Below, piece by piece: positions 1 through 12,896 of a stretch of DNA of 64,000 nt. The first letter of the stretch is position 1. Every line of letters starts with the position of its first letter. Location of the stretch: assembly GCA_043228905.1 (NCBI GenBank), contig JBHGNT010000003.1, positions 8,246,001-8,310,000 on the forward strand, read 5' to 3'. The notes under the pieces are model-generated. The model ran no database searches. It had not been told where the DNA came from and saw only the letters and a list, made by a program, of their open reading frames with translations. This stretch comes from Azolla caroliniana. Its lineage: Eukaryota; Plantae; Polypodiophyta. The position numbers and the translations under genes are program-made.

Positions 1-168
1 AGCCATGTCGGGCAGAAAGGGAAACTCATGAACGTGCTGCACGTTCCGACAATCACGAAAAACTTGGTCTCGGTCGGAAAGATCGTCGACCAAGGGATGG
101 AGGTTCAGTTTACACACCTCGGGTGCTTCATTGAGGAAGAAGGCCGTGTGATTGTGCAAGGGCTCAGA

Positions 169-777
169 TGTTGGGATTACGGTCCCTTCGCATGGGATGG
201 TCGGATATCGGAGATGAATGCCGACAAGCCCGGTTTCGGTTTCGGATCCGGATGACGAAGACCCCGGTTTCGGTACCGGATGACGAATGTACCCGGAGAG
301 CGATCCGGATGCAGGGACATATCCGTGAATATGTTCGCTATGGGCCCCTGAGGCTACAGTTGTAAATAGCCCAAAGTCATATAAGTATAAATATGACTTA
401 GGGCAAATAGTTTAGTAGTTGCTTCTCATTTTTCTGTTTTTTCCACTCAAGAGGAGTGAAGTGTAAGCAGCCGTGAGAGAGAGAGAGATAGAGCGCGAGA
501 GAGGAAGAGGTAGACGCCTCTGTGTATTTCCGCCGCCTGTGGCGAGGACAGCGAGCTCAAGGTCGTCGCCTTGCAGCTCGCCATTGTATACTTCTCTGTA
601 TAGTGTTGGTTTGGAGTCTTGTACTCCCGTGGTTTTTCCCGTATAGGGTTTTCCACGTTAATCCCTGTGTACTCGCGTTTTGTTTCTCTTTGTGGTTCCT
701 ATTTTCTGCTCCATCGATTCGCGCTTACTCGGTTGTGGCCGAGTGGTGAAGGTGAATAGAAGCGTCTATTCCTTACA
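169..777 (+). repeat. Copia-1 5' LTR
   Basis: TGTTGGG...CCTTACA, direct repeat of 4894-5502, followed by the iMet PBS. Confidence 0.97.
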
Positions 778-780
778 AAC

Positions 781-792
781 TGGTATCAGAGC
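781..792 (+). promoter_or_regulatory. Primer binding site (tRNA-iMet) of Copia-1
   Basis: TGGTATCAGAGC, 3 nt after the LTR end. Confidence 0.95.
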
Positions 793-806
793 GACTGTTG
801 CAGAAA

Positions 807-3800
807 ATGGAAGGCGGCGGCAGCGGGCAGCCGGGGATGATGGTGCTGAATGCACAGAATTACGCCGACTGGAAGATCAAGATGGAGGATCTTCTGATTG
901 TTCGGGACCTGTACGAACCGATTGACAGGTCGGAAATACCGAAGGGGGTACTTGAGTCGGAGTGGAAGCTCCTGAACCGGAAAGCCGTAGCGACGATCCG
1001 ACAATATGTCGATGTAAGCGTCCTACAACATGTGGCGAACGACACCAACGCATATGAGATGTGGAAGAAGCTGTCGGGCCTCTACGAGAGGAAGAATGCG
1101 TTGAACCGGACCTCCCTGATGAGGAAGATAGTGAACCTCAAGTACCGGGACGGCGAGAGTATGGTTGAACACGTAAGCACGTTCATGGGATTCGTGAACC
1201 AGCTTGCGGCGATTAAGTTCCCGTTGGAGGATGCAATGCAAGCCATCATCCTGATGTGTACATTGCCAGAAAGCTGGGAGAACTTGGTGGTGACTCTCAG
1301 CACCTCCTGCACCGAAGATAACTTGTCCTTACAGACGGTAAAGACAAGTATTTTGAATGAAGAAGCGCGTCGGAGAGATAAGGAACCGGCCTCCGACCCG
1401 AAGATGTTGTTTACCGAATCGGATCGGGGAAGACAATGGAACCGGAGTCCGCAAAGACGGGAGAAGTCGGGGACCCGGTCGCAGTCAAGAGGAAGGCCCA
1501 CATGCTTCCACTGTGGGAAGCCGGGGCACTTCCGAAAGAATTGTCGGCATTACCGAAAAGACAATGGAACCGACAACACCGATTCGAAGAAGTCACCGGA
1601 GAGAAACGGTGCATACCGGGGAGCCACGGACCGGAATGGTTCGGATCGGCGAGGACAGGACCGGAAAGGAACGACGGCACTCGCGGCAAGTGAAGAGGAG
1701 ATCATGCTCATCACCGAAGAAGGTGAACTAAACATTGCCGGCGATGAGACGACCTGGGTGGTCGATTCCGGAGCATCGTTCCACCTGACCCCGGAGAGAA
1801 GATACTTCTCATCCTACACAGCCGGCGAGCATGGCTGTGTTCGGATGGGAAACGAAGGTACGTGCCGGATTGCCGGCATAGGAGACGTGTGGTTGACAAC
1901 CCCGACCGGATGCAAAATGCTGCTGAAGAATGTCCGACACGTTCCGGAGGTCCGACTGAACCTGATTTCGGCCGGGAGGCTAGATGATGAAGGCTACACG
2001 GGTAGCATCCGGAACGGTGTCATGAAGTTCAGCAAGGGGAGCTTGATAGTGGCTCGGGCCCGGAAGGTCAACACACTGTACCTGATGAATGCCCGGTTAT
2101 GTCCGGAAGAGCTGAATGTGGCAGCCGACACTGCCGGTGAGCTGTGGCACAAAAGACTGTGCCACATGAGTGAGAAGGGGATGAAGAGGCTTGCAGAAGA
2201 CAACCTTATTCCGGTGAAGCATGTGCACCTGGAGAAGTGCACCGACTGCCTGGCCGGTAAGCAGAACCGAACCTCCTTCCACTCAAGGCCACCGACGAGA
2301 CGTAGCGCACCATTGGAGTTGGTGCACACCGACGTGTGTCAGGTAGAAACGAAGTCACATGGCGGAGCCCAGTACTTCGTAACTTTCATAGATGATCACA
2401 GCCGAAGACTGTGGACGGCACCGTTGAAGACAAAGGACCAAGTGCTGTGCGTCTTCAAAGAACTCCACGCGAGAGTGGAAAGGGAATCCGGCAAGAAGCT
2501 GAAAGCGATACGAGCGGATAACGGAGGGGAATACCGGGGGCAGTTCCAGGAGTACTGTCGCTCGAAGGGAATCCGGCTCGAGTTTACTGTGCCGAAGACG
2601 CCGGAACTGAACGGGCTGGCCGAGAGGATGAACCGGACCATAATGGAGAGGGTTCGGAGTATGCTGGCGCATGCGAAATTACCCAAGGGGTTTTGGGCTG
2701 AGGCAATGTCGACGGCGACATATGTGATAAACCGATCACCCTCAGTACCTTTGGACGGAGACACGCCGCAGAGAGTGTGGACCGGTAGGGAAGTATCCTA
2801 CCGGCATCTGAAGGTGTTCGGGTGTCTCGCATACGTGCACGTGGCGAAGGACCGGAGAGGAAAGCTAGATCCGAAGACCCGGCCATGCATATTCCTCGGT
2901 TACGGCGACGACGAGTTCGGCTACCGAGTATGGGACCCGGTCGACAAGAAGATATTCAGGAGTCGAGATATCGTCTTTATGGAGGACAAGACACTCGCCG
3001 ACTGGGAGTCGGAGAAGAAGATGAAGAGCTCCAAGTCGACCGGTGAGGATAAACTCCACGAGGAGCAGTCCCGACCGGCAAGGGACCGGTTAGCACTCGA
3101 GGACCCGGCCGAAGACGGTGAAGAAACAGAACCGGCCGAAGAAGATGAAAATGATACCGGAACCGGCCCCGATCCCGAAATGGATTCGGATGAAGAAGAA
3201 GAATCGGAAGAACCGGTTACCGAAGCTCCGAAACGGAGATACCCTCAAAGAGAGAGAAGGGCCCCCCGGAGATTTCCGGAACCAGAGCACGTGTTGCTAA
3301 CCGACGAGGGGGAGCCGGAGAGCTTTGAGGAAGCAAAACATGACACCCAGAGCCGCAGGTGGTTGAGTGCCATGCAGGACGAGATGGATTCCCTGCATGA
3401 GAACCACACATATGAACTTGTGGAGTTGCCGAAAGGAAAGCGGGCACTTCGAAACAAGTGGGTGTTCAAGCTGAAACCGGGAGATGCCGGAAACCCCCCG
3501 AGATACAAAGCCAGGATCGTGGTGAAGGGGTTTCAGCAGAAGAAGGGCGTCGACTTCGACGAGATATTTGCCCCGGTAGTGAAGATGACCTCCATCCGGA
3601 CGGTGCTGAGCATAGCGGCAAGCATGGACCTCGAGGTAGAACAGATGGACGTGAAGACGGCATTCCTTCACGGCGACCTCGATGAAGAGATCTACATGCA
3701 GCAACCGGAAGGATTCGAGAAGAAAGGGAAGGAGCACCTGGTATGCCGGTTGAAGAAGAGCCTTTACGGACTGAAGCAGGCTCCCCGGCAATGGTACCGG

Positions 3801-4883
3801 AAGTTCGACTCCTTCATGACCGACGAAGGGTACCTCAAAACACAGTCCGATCACTGCGTGTTTGTGAAGAAGTTCGAAGGAGGAGACTTTCTAATACTCC
3901 TCCTGTACGTGGACGACATGTTGATCGTCGGACGGGACCAGGTCAAGATCCGGATGCTGAAGAAGGCTCTTCACCGAACCTTCTCAATGAAGGACCTGGG
4001 TCCGGCGAGATAAATACTAGGGATGCACATCATCCGGGACCGGAGCAAGAAGCAGTTGTGGCTTTCACAGGAGAAGTACGTGACGAAGGTGCTTCACCGG
4101 TTCAACATGTCGGAAGCAAGACCGGTCGGATCGACCCTCCCGACAAACTGCAAGCTGTCCAGCAAGCAAAGCCCCAAGACAAAGGCTGAAAAGGAGGATA
4201 TGATGAAAGTGCCGTATGCCTCAGCCGTCGGGAGCTTGATGTACGCCATGGTGTGTACGAGACCGGACATCGGACATGCAGTCGGAGTGGTGAGCCGGTA
4301 CATGAGCAATCCCGGCAAAGAGCATTGGAACGCGGCCAAGTGGATACTCCGATACCTGAAGGGCACGGCAAACGTGTGCCTCCGATTCGGCTCCGGTAAG
4401 CCCGAACTCGACGGCTTCACCGATTCGGATATGTCGGCTGATGCAGATACCAGCCGGTCCACATCAGGGTATGTGATGACGTATGCAGGGGGAGCTGTTT
4501 CATGGCAGTCGAGGCTGCAGAAGACGGTTGCGCTGTCAACCACGGAGGCGGAGTACATGGCGGCTGTTGAAGCCGGCAAGGAAATAATATGGATGAAGGA
4601 CTTCATTAGAGAGCTCGGTATCCGACAGGAGGAGTACCGACTCTACTGCGACAGTCAGAGTGCAATCCACCTTGCGAAGAACGCGGCCTATCACTCCCGG
4701 ACTAAGCACATCCAGCGAAGATATCACTGGATCCGGGAAAGGATAGAAGACAAGGAGTTCGTGCTGACGAAGATCCACACGGACGAGAACGGGTCGGATA
4801 TGCTGACCAAGGTCCTCACACCCGACAAGCTGGAAGCATGCCGGAAGAGGATCGGATTGGAGAGACATCCCATGCCGAAGTGA
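807..4883 (+). pseudogene. Copia-1 gag-pol polyprotein with one in-frame nonsense codon (TAA 4011-4013)
   Basis: Zinc knuckle CFHCGKPGHFRKNC, protease WVVDSGAS, integrase, RT LLYVDDM, RNase H FTDSD. ORFs 798-4013 and 4023-4883 are in the same frame (GPAR*ILGM, expected Q). Confidence 0.95.
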
Positions 4884-4893
4884 AGGGGGAGTT

Positions 4894-5502
4894 TGTTGGG
4901 ATTACGGTCCCTTCGCATGGGATGGTCGGATATCGGAGATGAATGCCGACAAGCCCGGTTTCGGTTTCGGATCCGGATGACGAAGACCCCGGTTTCGGTA
5001 CCGGATGACGAATGTACCCGGAGAGCGATCCGGATGCAGGGACATATCCGTGAATATGTTCGCTATGGGCCCCTGAGGCTACAGTTGTAAATAGCCCAAA
5101 GTCATATAAGTATAAATATGACTTAGGGCAAATAGTTTAGTAGTTGCTTCTCATTTTTCTGTTTTTTCCACTCAAGAGGAGTGAAGTGTAAGCAGCCGTG
5201 AGAGAGAGAGAGATAGAGCGCGAGAGAGGAAGAGGTAGACGCCTCTGTGTATTTCCGCCGCCTGTGGCGAGGACAGCGAGCTCAAGGTCGTCGCCTTGCA
5301 GCTCGCCATTGTATACTTCTCTGTATAGTGTTGGTTTGGAGTCTTGTACTCCCGTGGTTTTTCCCGTATAGGGTTTTCCACGTTAATCCCTGTGTACTCG
5401 CGTTTTGTTTCTCTTTGTGGTTCCTATTTTCTGCTCCATCGATTCGCGCTTACTCGGTTGTGGCCGAGTGGTGAAGGTGAATAGAAGCGTCTATTCCTTA
5501 CA
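4894..5502 (+). repeat. Copia-1 3' LTR
   Basis: Direct repeat of 169-777, preceded by the PPT and followed by TSD TCAGA. Confidence 0.97.
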
Positions 5503-7990
5503 TCAGAGACGGGAGGATGTTCATCCTCGACTCCACTGACGGCGGCACCACAATGTTCGCGAAGGGACAAAAAACCGAGTCAGACATCGACTTGTGGCAC
5601 AAGCGGATAGGCCACGTCAATTACCAACGGCTTCAAGATCTGCAATCGAAACAGGTAGTGTTCGGATTGCCCAAATTTAGTGCCCGAAAGGCACAAATTT
5701 GTGAAGCCTGCCAGCTCGGGAAGCAACACCGACTTCCTTTCCCCAACGAGCGAAACCGGAGTGGGAACAAGCTCGACCTTATACACTCCGATATGGGGGG
5801 GCCGGACAAAACGTTAGTCTTGGCGGGAGCCGATATTTCATCTCCTTCATCGACGACCACACGCGGCACACGTGGATCTACCTCATTGAGAGGAAGAGCG
5901 AAGTCTTCGACTGTTTCCGGGACCTCAAAGGGTTCGTGGAAACGGAAACGGGACAAGATCAAGTGCCTGCGGTCGGATGGCGGAAAAGAGTACTTATCCG
6001 GTCAATTCAACGGTTATCTACAACAAATGGGAATTCGGCGCGAATTCAGTTGTAGATACACGCCGAAGCAGAACGGCATGGCCGAGAGGAAGAATCAATC
6101 AGTTGTGGAAGCGGCACAGGCAATGCTGGAGGAGAAGAGCTTGCCCAAGTTCTACTGGGCCGAGGCGGTAAGGACCGCGGTATATATCCAGAACCGAATC
6201 AGAGACAAAGTGTCGGCGCACGAGCTGTATTTCGGAACGAAGCCGAACTTGTGACACTTGAGGGTGTTCAGTAGCATTGCGTATGTGCTTGTACCGAAGG
6301 AGAAAAGGAGGAAGCTGGACGCAAAGGCCGAGAAATGCATCTTGGTCGGTTACTCGGACGAGCAGAAGGGTTATAAGTGTTATAACCCTCGCACCAAACA
6401 AGCGCGTGTTAGCCGCGACGTTGTGGTTGACGAGTCTACGTCCTGGTACCAACCCCCGACTCCGAACCTCGACTCCAATCCGAGTTCTAACGATGAGGTC
6501 AGCGAGGCCGAGATGCCTCCGGGTGAGCCCGAAATCGAGACCCGCGAAGAGAGTCCGATTTCACTCCGGTTAAGTGGACCGATTGGACGACTGAGTCGGT
6601 ACGACCAGTCCGATGAAGAGCCGGCGAGTAGTGGAGACTCGGTCGTGCATTCCCCGTGCCGGAAGCCGAGGAGACAGCTTACACGCAAAGAGAAAGGGAA
6701 GAAGAAGGTGTCGGATTCGGGCACGGAAAGGAACGAGTTAGACCGACGCGAGTCCAACTCCGAGGGAACTGGTGACGGGTCTTTAAAAGTGAAGACCTCG
6801 TCGACCGAGAAGGCCTCGACATCGGCTAATGCGAGATTACGCCGAACTACCCGCTAGAAGAATCCTGTTTTGCGGTTCGGATACAACGAGTACATGGCGC
6901 ATCATTATGCGTACATGACCCGTGTAGCGGAAGTGCGTGAGTCGGAGAGTTACGCAGAAGCGGCTAAAGACGCGAATTGGCGTGCCGCGATGGAGGAAGA
7001 GATACATGCATTGGCGGAGAACGAGACCTGGGACCTGGTTGACGCACCAAGAGGGGTAAAACCGATCGGGTGTAGGTGGGTGTACAAAGTCAAGTACAAC
7101 ACTGTTGGCTCGGGCAACCGGTACAAGGCTCGGCTAGTGGCAAAGGGCTACGCGCAGAAACACGGCATCGACTACGATGAGACATTTGCGCCGGTCACGA
7201 AAATGACGACCGTCCGTGTTTTGTTCGCAGTAGCTGCGACGAAGGGGTGGCACTTACATCAGATGGATGTAAAGAATGCGTTCCTGCAAGGTGACCTTAA
7301 GGAACAGGTGTACATGGTACAACCCCCCGAACCCCCCGGATTTCACTCCGGAACGAACTCCTCGGCAGTATGCCGACTAAAGAAGTCCCTTTACGGACTG
7401 AAGCAAGCCCCGCATGCCGGGAACGCGAAGATCATGCAACAACTGTGTCGGATGGGCTTCGTCACGTCAAAATCAGACTCTTCCCTGTTCATCCGGAAAG
7501 GTCGACTAGGACCGGTTAGTATTTTACTATATGTTGATGACTTGTCATCAGCGGCGCCGACCTCGGTGAAATCGACCGCGTGAAGCTCCAGCTTGCGGCA
7601 TCGTTCGACATGAAGGATCTGGGGGACCTTCATTACTTGCTCGGGATCGACGTGATCCGTACCCCCGAAGGCATATTGATCAGCCAACGTCATTACGTGC
7701 TGAGTATGCTCTTCAAATTCGGGATGGTCGATTGTAAGTCCGTCTCGATTCCTCTGGACAAAACCATCAAGCTTCGTCCCGATACATGAAAGGTATGCGA
7801 CCCGACGAGGTTCCGACAAATTGTCGGAAGCCTCATATACTTGACCATCACCCGACCTGACCTGAGTTATCCGGTCGGGGTGATCAGTCAGTTCATGGCG
7901 CGACCTACCGAGGAGCACCTTCAGTGTGCGCAACGCGTACTGCGGTACGTAAGTGGCAGTAAGGACCGCGGACTGCTATATCGGACCGGT

Positions 7991-8182
7991 GCAGCCACGC
8001 AGTTAGTCGGCTACACCGATGTTGATTGGGCTGGCAACGCCGCCGATCGCCGATCCACGTCCGGATACGCGTTCTCCCTCGGGAGTGCAGCCGCGCAGTT
8101 AGTCGGCTACACCGATGTTGATTGGGCTAGCAACGCCGCCGATCGCCAATCCACGTCCGGATACGCGTTCTCCCTCGGGAGT
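7991..8182 (+). repeat. 96-bp in-frame tandem duplication in Copia-2 RNase H
   Basis: QLVGYTDVDWA(G/S)NAADR(R/Q)STSGYAFSLGS is encoded twice; Copia-6 has one copy. Confidence 0.9.
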
Positions 8183-9104
8183 GTCGCGATCGCGTGGAGC
8201 AGTAAGGAGTAGCCGACAGTTGCACTGTCGAGCACCGAAGCTGAGTACTGAGGAGCGGCTGTCGCGACATGCGAAGCCATATGGTTGAAGCGGCTACTTA
8301 AGGACCTGCAAGCGGAGGTATCAGATCCGAATACGATCTACTACGACAACGTCAACAGCATCCAGCTCGCAAAAAACCCCGTTTTCCACGCACGGACCAA
8401 GCACATTGAGGTGCACTACCATTTCGTCTGTGAGCGTGTCCTTTCCGGTGAAGTCGAACTTCAATACGTGTTGACGGATCGGCAGACTGCCGACATCTTC
8501 ACAAAGCCTCTTGGTCTTGACAAGTTGCGGCAATTCTCAGGTGCGCTCGGATTGCGTCACCTCGACGTGCCGAACTTGGGGGAGAACAGTCTCGAACGAC
8601 CAAGCAAGGCAGCAGGAAAGGAGCGGAGACCGCGACACCGAGTCGGTTGTCGAGTTCGACTTCAGATCGGCTGAAGAAGCCGAGGGCGGACCCACGAAAA
8701 ACTCCGGAAGCGGACAGAAGGGGAGCAGCCGAAGGAGAGAGCCGAAGCCAACCACGCATGGGGGAGATGACCCCATCGAGGGCGAGAAGACCGAAGACGA
8801 GTTGGAGATAGCCAACTCGGACGAGAGCGAAAACCGATCGGAGGTAGCTGAGTCGGTTTGGATGCTTGATTCAGATACGCTGAATCAACCGAGGCCCAAG
8901 CGGAAGAAAAGGCAACAGGAGAAGCGTCAACACCGCAACAATAGAAGAGCTGATAAGAGCCGCATGAGCAGACAAGCCGACCGGAAGGATCGAAGCACGC
9001 GGAGTCGAACAGGCCGAGGAGCGCGAGCGAGGCGTGAAGCCAGGAGGAACCGGAGCTGTGAGCCCGAGGATCCCAAAGAGCCTCAAGTTGAGCTTGAGGG
9101 GGAG

Positions 9105-9381
9105 TGTTGAGAGACAAGCTCAACATCGGCCGGATCGGCTGAAGAAGCCGAGGACCGGATCGGTTGGGACCGATCGGTTAGGCCGAGTGCGTAAACCGGG
9201 AGGCCGTTAGGAAAGATATTCCGTGAGGAATATATTTGGGAGTTAGTGTAGGAGCTCTTAATGAGCATTGAAGTACAGTCAGTACTTCGGTCAGTCCTTC
9301 GAGGACTTGTATAAAAGTGTTCATGGAACACACATATGAAGAGAGTGTGGTGAATAGAGATTTTAATATAGTTTTTGTCTT

Positions 9382-9444
<63 letters not shown>

Positions 9445-9537
9445 GCGTATACCGTGTAAGCTCAAGCTCTCCATTAAACCTGAGTTTCCTTCCTTCTGTT
9501 CGTTCTTTATACTTGCTTCCGCACGCTACTTTCTACA
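9105..9537 (+). repeat. Copia-2 3' LTR with expanded (CT)n tract
   Basis: TGTTGAGAG...TTCTACA; homologous to the reverse complement of 58514-58899; (CT)n at ~9385-9442. Confidence 0.92.
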
Positions 9538-12131
9538 AGTTCTCATGCAGGGAATCCATCTCATCCTGCAAGGCACTTAACCATTTGCGGTTGTCGGTGT
9601 CATCCTTCGGTTCTTCGAAGCTTTCTGGCTCCCCCTCATCGGTTAGTAGCACATGCTCTGCATCCGGAAATCTCCAGGGGGGCCTTCTCTCTCTGAGAGG
9701 ATATCTCCGACTTTGGGCTTCGGTAACTGGCTCCTCCATTTGCTCTTCATCTGAATCCGATTCGGGGTCTTGGCCGGTCCGGTTTCAACTTCCTCTACTT
9801 CTTCTTCTGCCGGTTCGGTATACTCACCGTAACCGGCTGGTTCCTCGAGTGCTAACCAGTCTCTTGCCGGTTGGATCTGCTCATCGTAGAGTCGATCTTT
9901 ACCGGTCAACTCGGAGTTCATTATCTTCTTCTCCGACTCCCAGTCGGCGAGCGTCTTGTCCTCCATGAAGATAATATCTCGACTCCGGAATACCTTCTTG
10001 TCGACCAGGTCCCACACTCGGTAGCCAAACTCATCGTCGCCGTAACCGAGGAATATGCATGGTCGGGTCTTCGGATCTAGTTTTCCTCTCTGGTCCTTAG
10101 CTACATGCACATACGCAAGACACTCGAATACCTTCAGATGCCGGTAGGACACTTCCTTACCGGTCCAGACTCTCTGTGGCGTGTCTCTGTCCAAGGGTAC
10201 TAAGGGTGATCTGTTTATCACATATGTCGCCGTCCACAGTGCCTCAGCCCAAAACTTCTCGGGTAGTTTTGCATGCGCCAGCATACTCCGGACCCTCTCC
10301 ATTATGGTCTGGTTCATCCTCTCGGCCATCCCATTTAGTTCCGGCATCTTCGGCACGGTAAATTCGAGCTGGATTCCCTTCAAGCGATAGTACTCCTCGA
10401 ACTACCCCCGGTATTCACCTCTGTTATCTGCTCGAACCGCCTTCAACTTCAGGCCGGTTTCTCTTTCCACTCTCACGTGGAGCTCTTTGAAGACGGATAG
10501 CACCTATCCTTCGTCTTCAACGGTGTGGCCCATAGCTTCCGACTATGGTCATCTATGAACGTCACGAAGTATTGCGATCCTGCATGTGACTTCGTGTCCA
10601 CTTGACACACATCAGTATGTACCAACTCCAGTGGTGCATTACGTCTCATCGGTGGCCTTGGTCGGAAGGAGGTCTGGTTTTGCTTACCAGCCAGACAATC
10701 AGTGCACTTCTCCAAGTGCACGTTCTTCACTGGAATGAGGTTGTCGTCTGCAAGCCTCTTCATCCCCTTCCCGGTCATGTGACACAGCCTCTTGTGCCAA
10801 AGCTCACCGGCAGTGTCGGATGCCACATTCACTTCCTCCGGACATAACCGGGCATTCATCAGGTACAGTGTGTTTACCTTCCGGGCCCGAGCCACAATCA
10901 AGCTTCCTTTGCTGAACTTCATAACACCGTTCCGAATGCTACCCGTGTAGCCTTCATCATCTAGCCGATCGGCTGATATCAGGTTTAGACAAACTTCCGG
11001 AACGTGTCGAACATCCTTCAGCAGCAGCTTGCATCCGGTTGGTGTTGTCAACCACACATCTCCTATGCCGACTATTCGGCATGTACCTTCATTCCCCATC
11101 CGGACACAGCCGTGATCACCGGCTAAGTAGGATGAGAAGCATTTCCGGTCCGGGGTAAGGTGGAACGATGCTCCAGAGTCGACCACCCAGGTCATCTCGT
11201 CGCCGGCAAGGTTTATCTCACTCTCCTCGGTGATGAGCATCAACTCTTCTTCACTTGCCGCGATTGCCGTCGTTCCCTTTCAGTCCGGCCCCCTCCGGTC
11301 TTTACCATTCCGGTTCGGTGTCCGCTTCGAATCGGTACCATCCGTTTCCTTTTCTTTTCTGAAATGCCGACAGTTCTTCTGGAAGTATCCTGGCTTGCCG
11401 CAATAGAAGCAGGTAGGCCTCCCCCTTGACTTTGACCGTGTCCCCGACTTTTCCCGGTTCTGGGGACTACGGTTCCTTTGTCTTCCGCGTTCCAATTCAA
11501 TTAGGAGCGCTTTGGTGTCGGAGCTCGTATCCTTATCTTTCCGACGCGCCTCCTCATCTAGCAAGCTCGACTTCACTCTTGCTAGGGATAATCGTTTCCC
11601 TTCCGGCCCGGCGTTGCCCAAAGTGACAACCAACGTCTCCCAGCTATCCGGGAGGGAAACGAGCAAGAGTAGTGCTAGTACCTCATCGGCGAGAGGTATT
11701 TCCAATGATGTTGCCTGGTGAATCAGCCCCTAGAAGGCATTCATGTGCTCCACCATGCTGGAGCCATCTTGGTACCGGAGTCTTAGTAGCTTCCGGAATA
11801 CCGAAACCTGGTTAACATCATTTTTGTTCTGAAACATAATACCGATCTTCTCCTAGAGCTCATGAGCCTTGCTCTCTTCATTGAAGTTGTATAGGCTCAT
11901 GTCGATGAAGCACCGTATGTAGGCCGTTGTCTTCATGTGCATCACCTCCCATATCGTGGCGTCGATTTTGTCCGGTCTCTTGTCCCCAAACTGAACCGGC
12001 AACCAAAGATCTTTAACCACGAGCATGTCCCTCATCTTCGACTTCCACATGGAATAGTTGGAGCCGGTGAGCTTGAACATGCCTCCCAACGATTCGTCCA
12101 TTTTCTGTGTCGTTTCGCTCTGATACCACTT

Positions 12132-12405
12132 TGACAGGAACTACACGCTCCCTATGCGCAACGCTCGGCCACAACCGAGCTTAGAATCATACACAAAACG
12201 GGAAATAAAGGCACGACACAAAGGAGAGAAGAGTACACAGGATGTTTACGTGGAAAACCCAAACTAGGGAAAAACCACGGCAGCCCACAGACTGCGAACT
12301 ATCACTATATCACAATGATTACAACAGTGAGCTCGCGGAGGCAACGACCTCGTGCTCATGATCTTTGCCACAGGCGGTGGTTACAACAAAGGCCACGACC
12401 TCTTC

Positions 12406-12458
<53 letters not shown>

Positions 12459-12896
12459 TACACTGTTGCGCTCTAATCTTGCGCCAACAAGAATGACAAC
12501 TACAGACATCTAAAGTTTGCCCTAAGTCATATTTATACTAAAATGAATTTTCGGCTATTTACAAATATAGCCCCGATGGACTCTCAGAAAACATATTTAC
12601 GAATATGTCCCTTCATCCGATGAGCACTCCTCACCGGGCCTGCATCATCCGGCACTTGCCGGGCACTCATCATCCGGTTCTCACCGGGTCTTCCGTTTCC
12701 GGGCACTCCTCATCCAGTTCTTACTGGGTCTTCCGTTGCCGGGTACTCCTCATCCGGTTCTCACCAGGTCTTCCGTTGTCGGGTACTCCTCATCCGGTTC
12801 TCATCGGGTCTTCCATTGCCAGGTACTCCTCATCCGGTTCTCACCGGGTCTTCCGTTTCCGGGTACTCCTCATCTGGAGGGACCCGTTTCCTAACA
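12132..12896 (-). repeat. Copia-3 5' LTR (765 bp)
   Basis: On minus TGTTAGGAAACGGGTCCC...GTTCCTGTCA then AAG-TGGTATCAGAGC; both ends resemble the Copia-1 LTR ends. Confidence 0.88.
12661..12877. repeat. 40-bp tandem array (5.4 copies) in the Copia-3 LTR U3
   Basis: Consensus GGGTACTCCTCATCCGGTTCTCACCGGGTCTTCCGTTGCC at 12661, 12701, 12741, 12781, 12821, and partial at 12861. Confidence 0.95.

Larger units (their letters stand above)
169..5502 (+). mobile_element. Full-length young Ty1/Copia LTR retrotransposon 'Copia-1'
   Basis: Two 609-bp TG...CA LTRs (169-777, 4894-5502) that look identical. 5-bp TSD TCAGA (164-168, 5503-5507). PBS TGGTATCAGAGC at 781-792; PPT GAAGGGGGAG at 4882-4891. Domain order gag-PR-INT-RT-RH. 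Confidence 0.98.
1..9537 (+). mobile_element. Ty1/Copia element 'Copia-2' (5' end outside window), degenerate, interrupted by Copia-1
   Basis: Pol reads ...EEEGRVIVQGLR at 28-168 and resumes at 5503 (...DGRMFILDS). It contains GAG-pre-integrase LWHKRIGH, integrase core, RT (LYVDDL) and RNase H (KHIEVHYHF), with stops and frameshifts. PPT TTGAGGGGGAG precedes the 3' LTR at 9105. Same family as Copia-6. Confidence 0.93.
9538..12896 (-). mobile_element. Ty1/Copia element 'Copia-3' (5' half), relative of Copia-1
   Basis: 5' LTR at 12896-12132 and PBS (GCTCTGATACCA on + at 12117-12128). Broken gag-PR-INT ORFs (11853-12101, 11280-11705, 10473-11243, 9643-10383). Cut at the RT start (SLHEN) by Copia-2. 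Confidence 0.93.

Noticed and set aside
4011-4022. Programmed stop-codon readthrough in Copia-1 (and at 38995 in the chromovirus)
   Set aside because: The stops fall inside RT and integrase cores at expected Gln codons, with no CARYYA readthrough context; simple C>T lesions explain them.
12661-12877. CRISPR-like repeat
   Set aside because: Pure head-to-tail tandem with no unique spacers.
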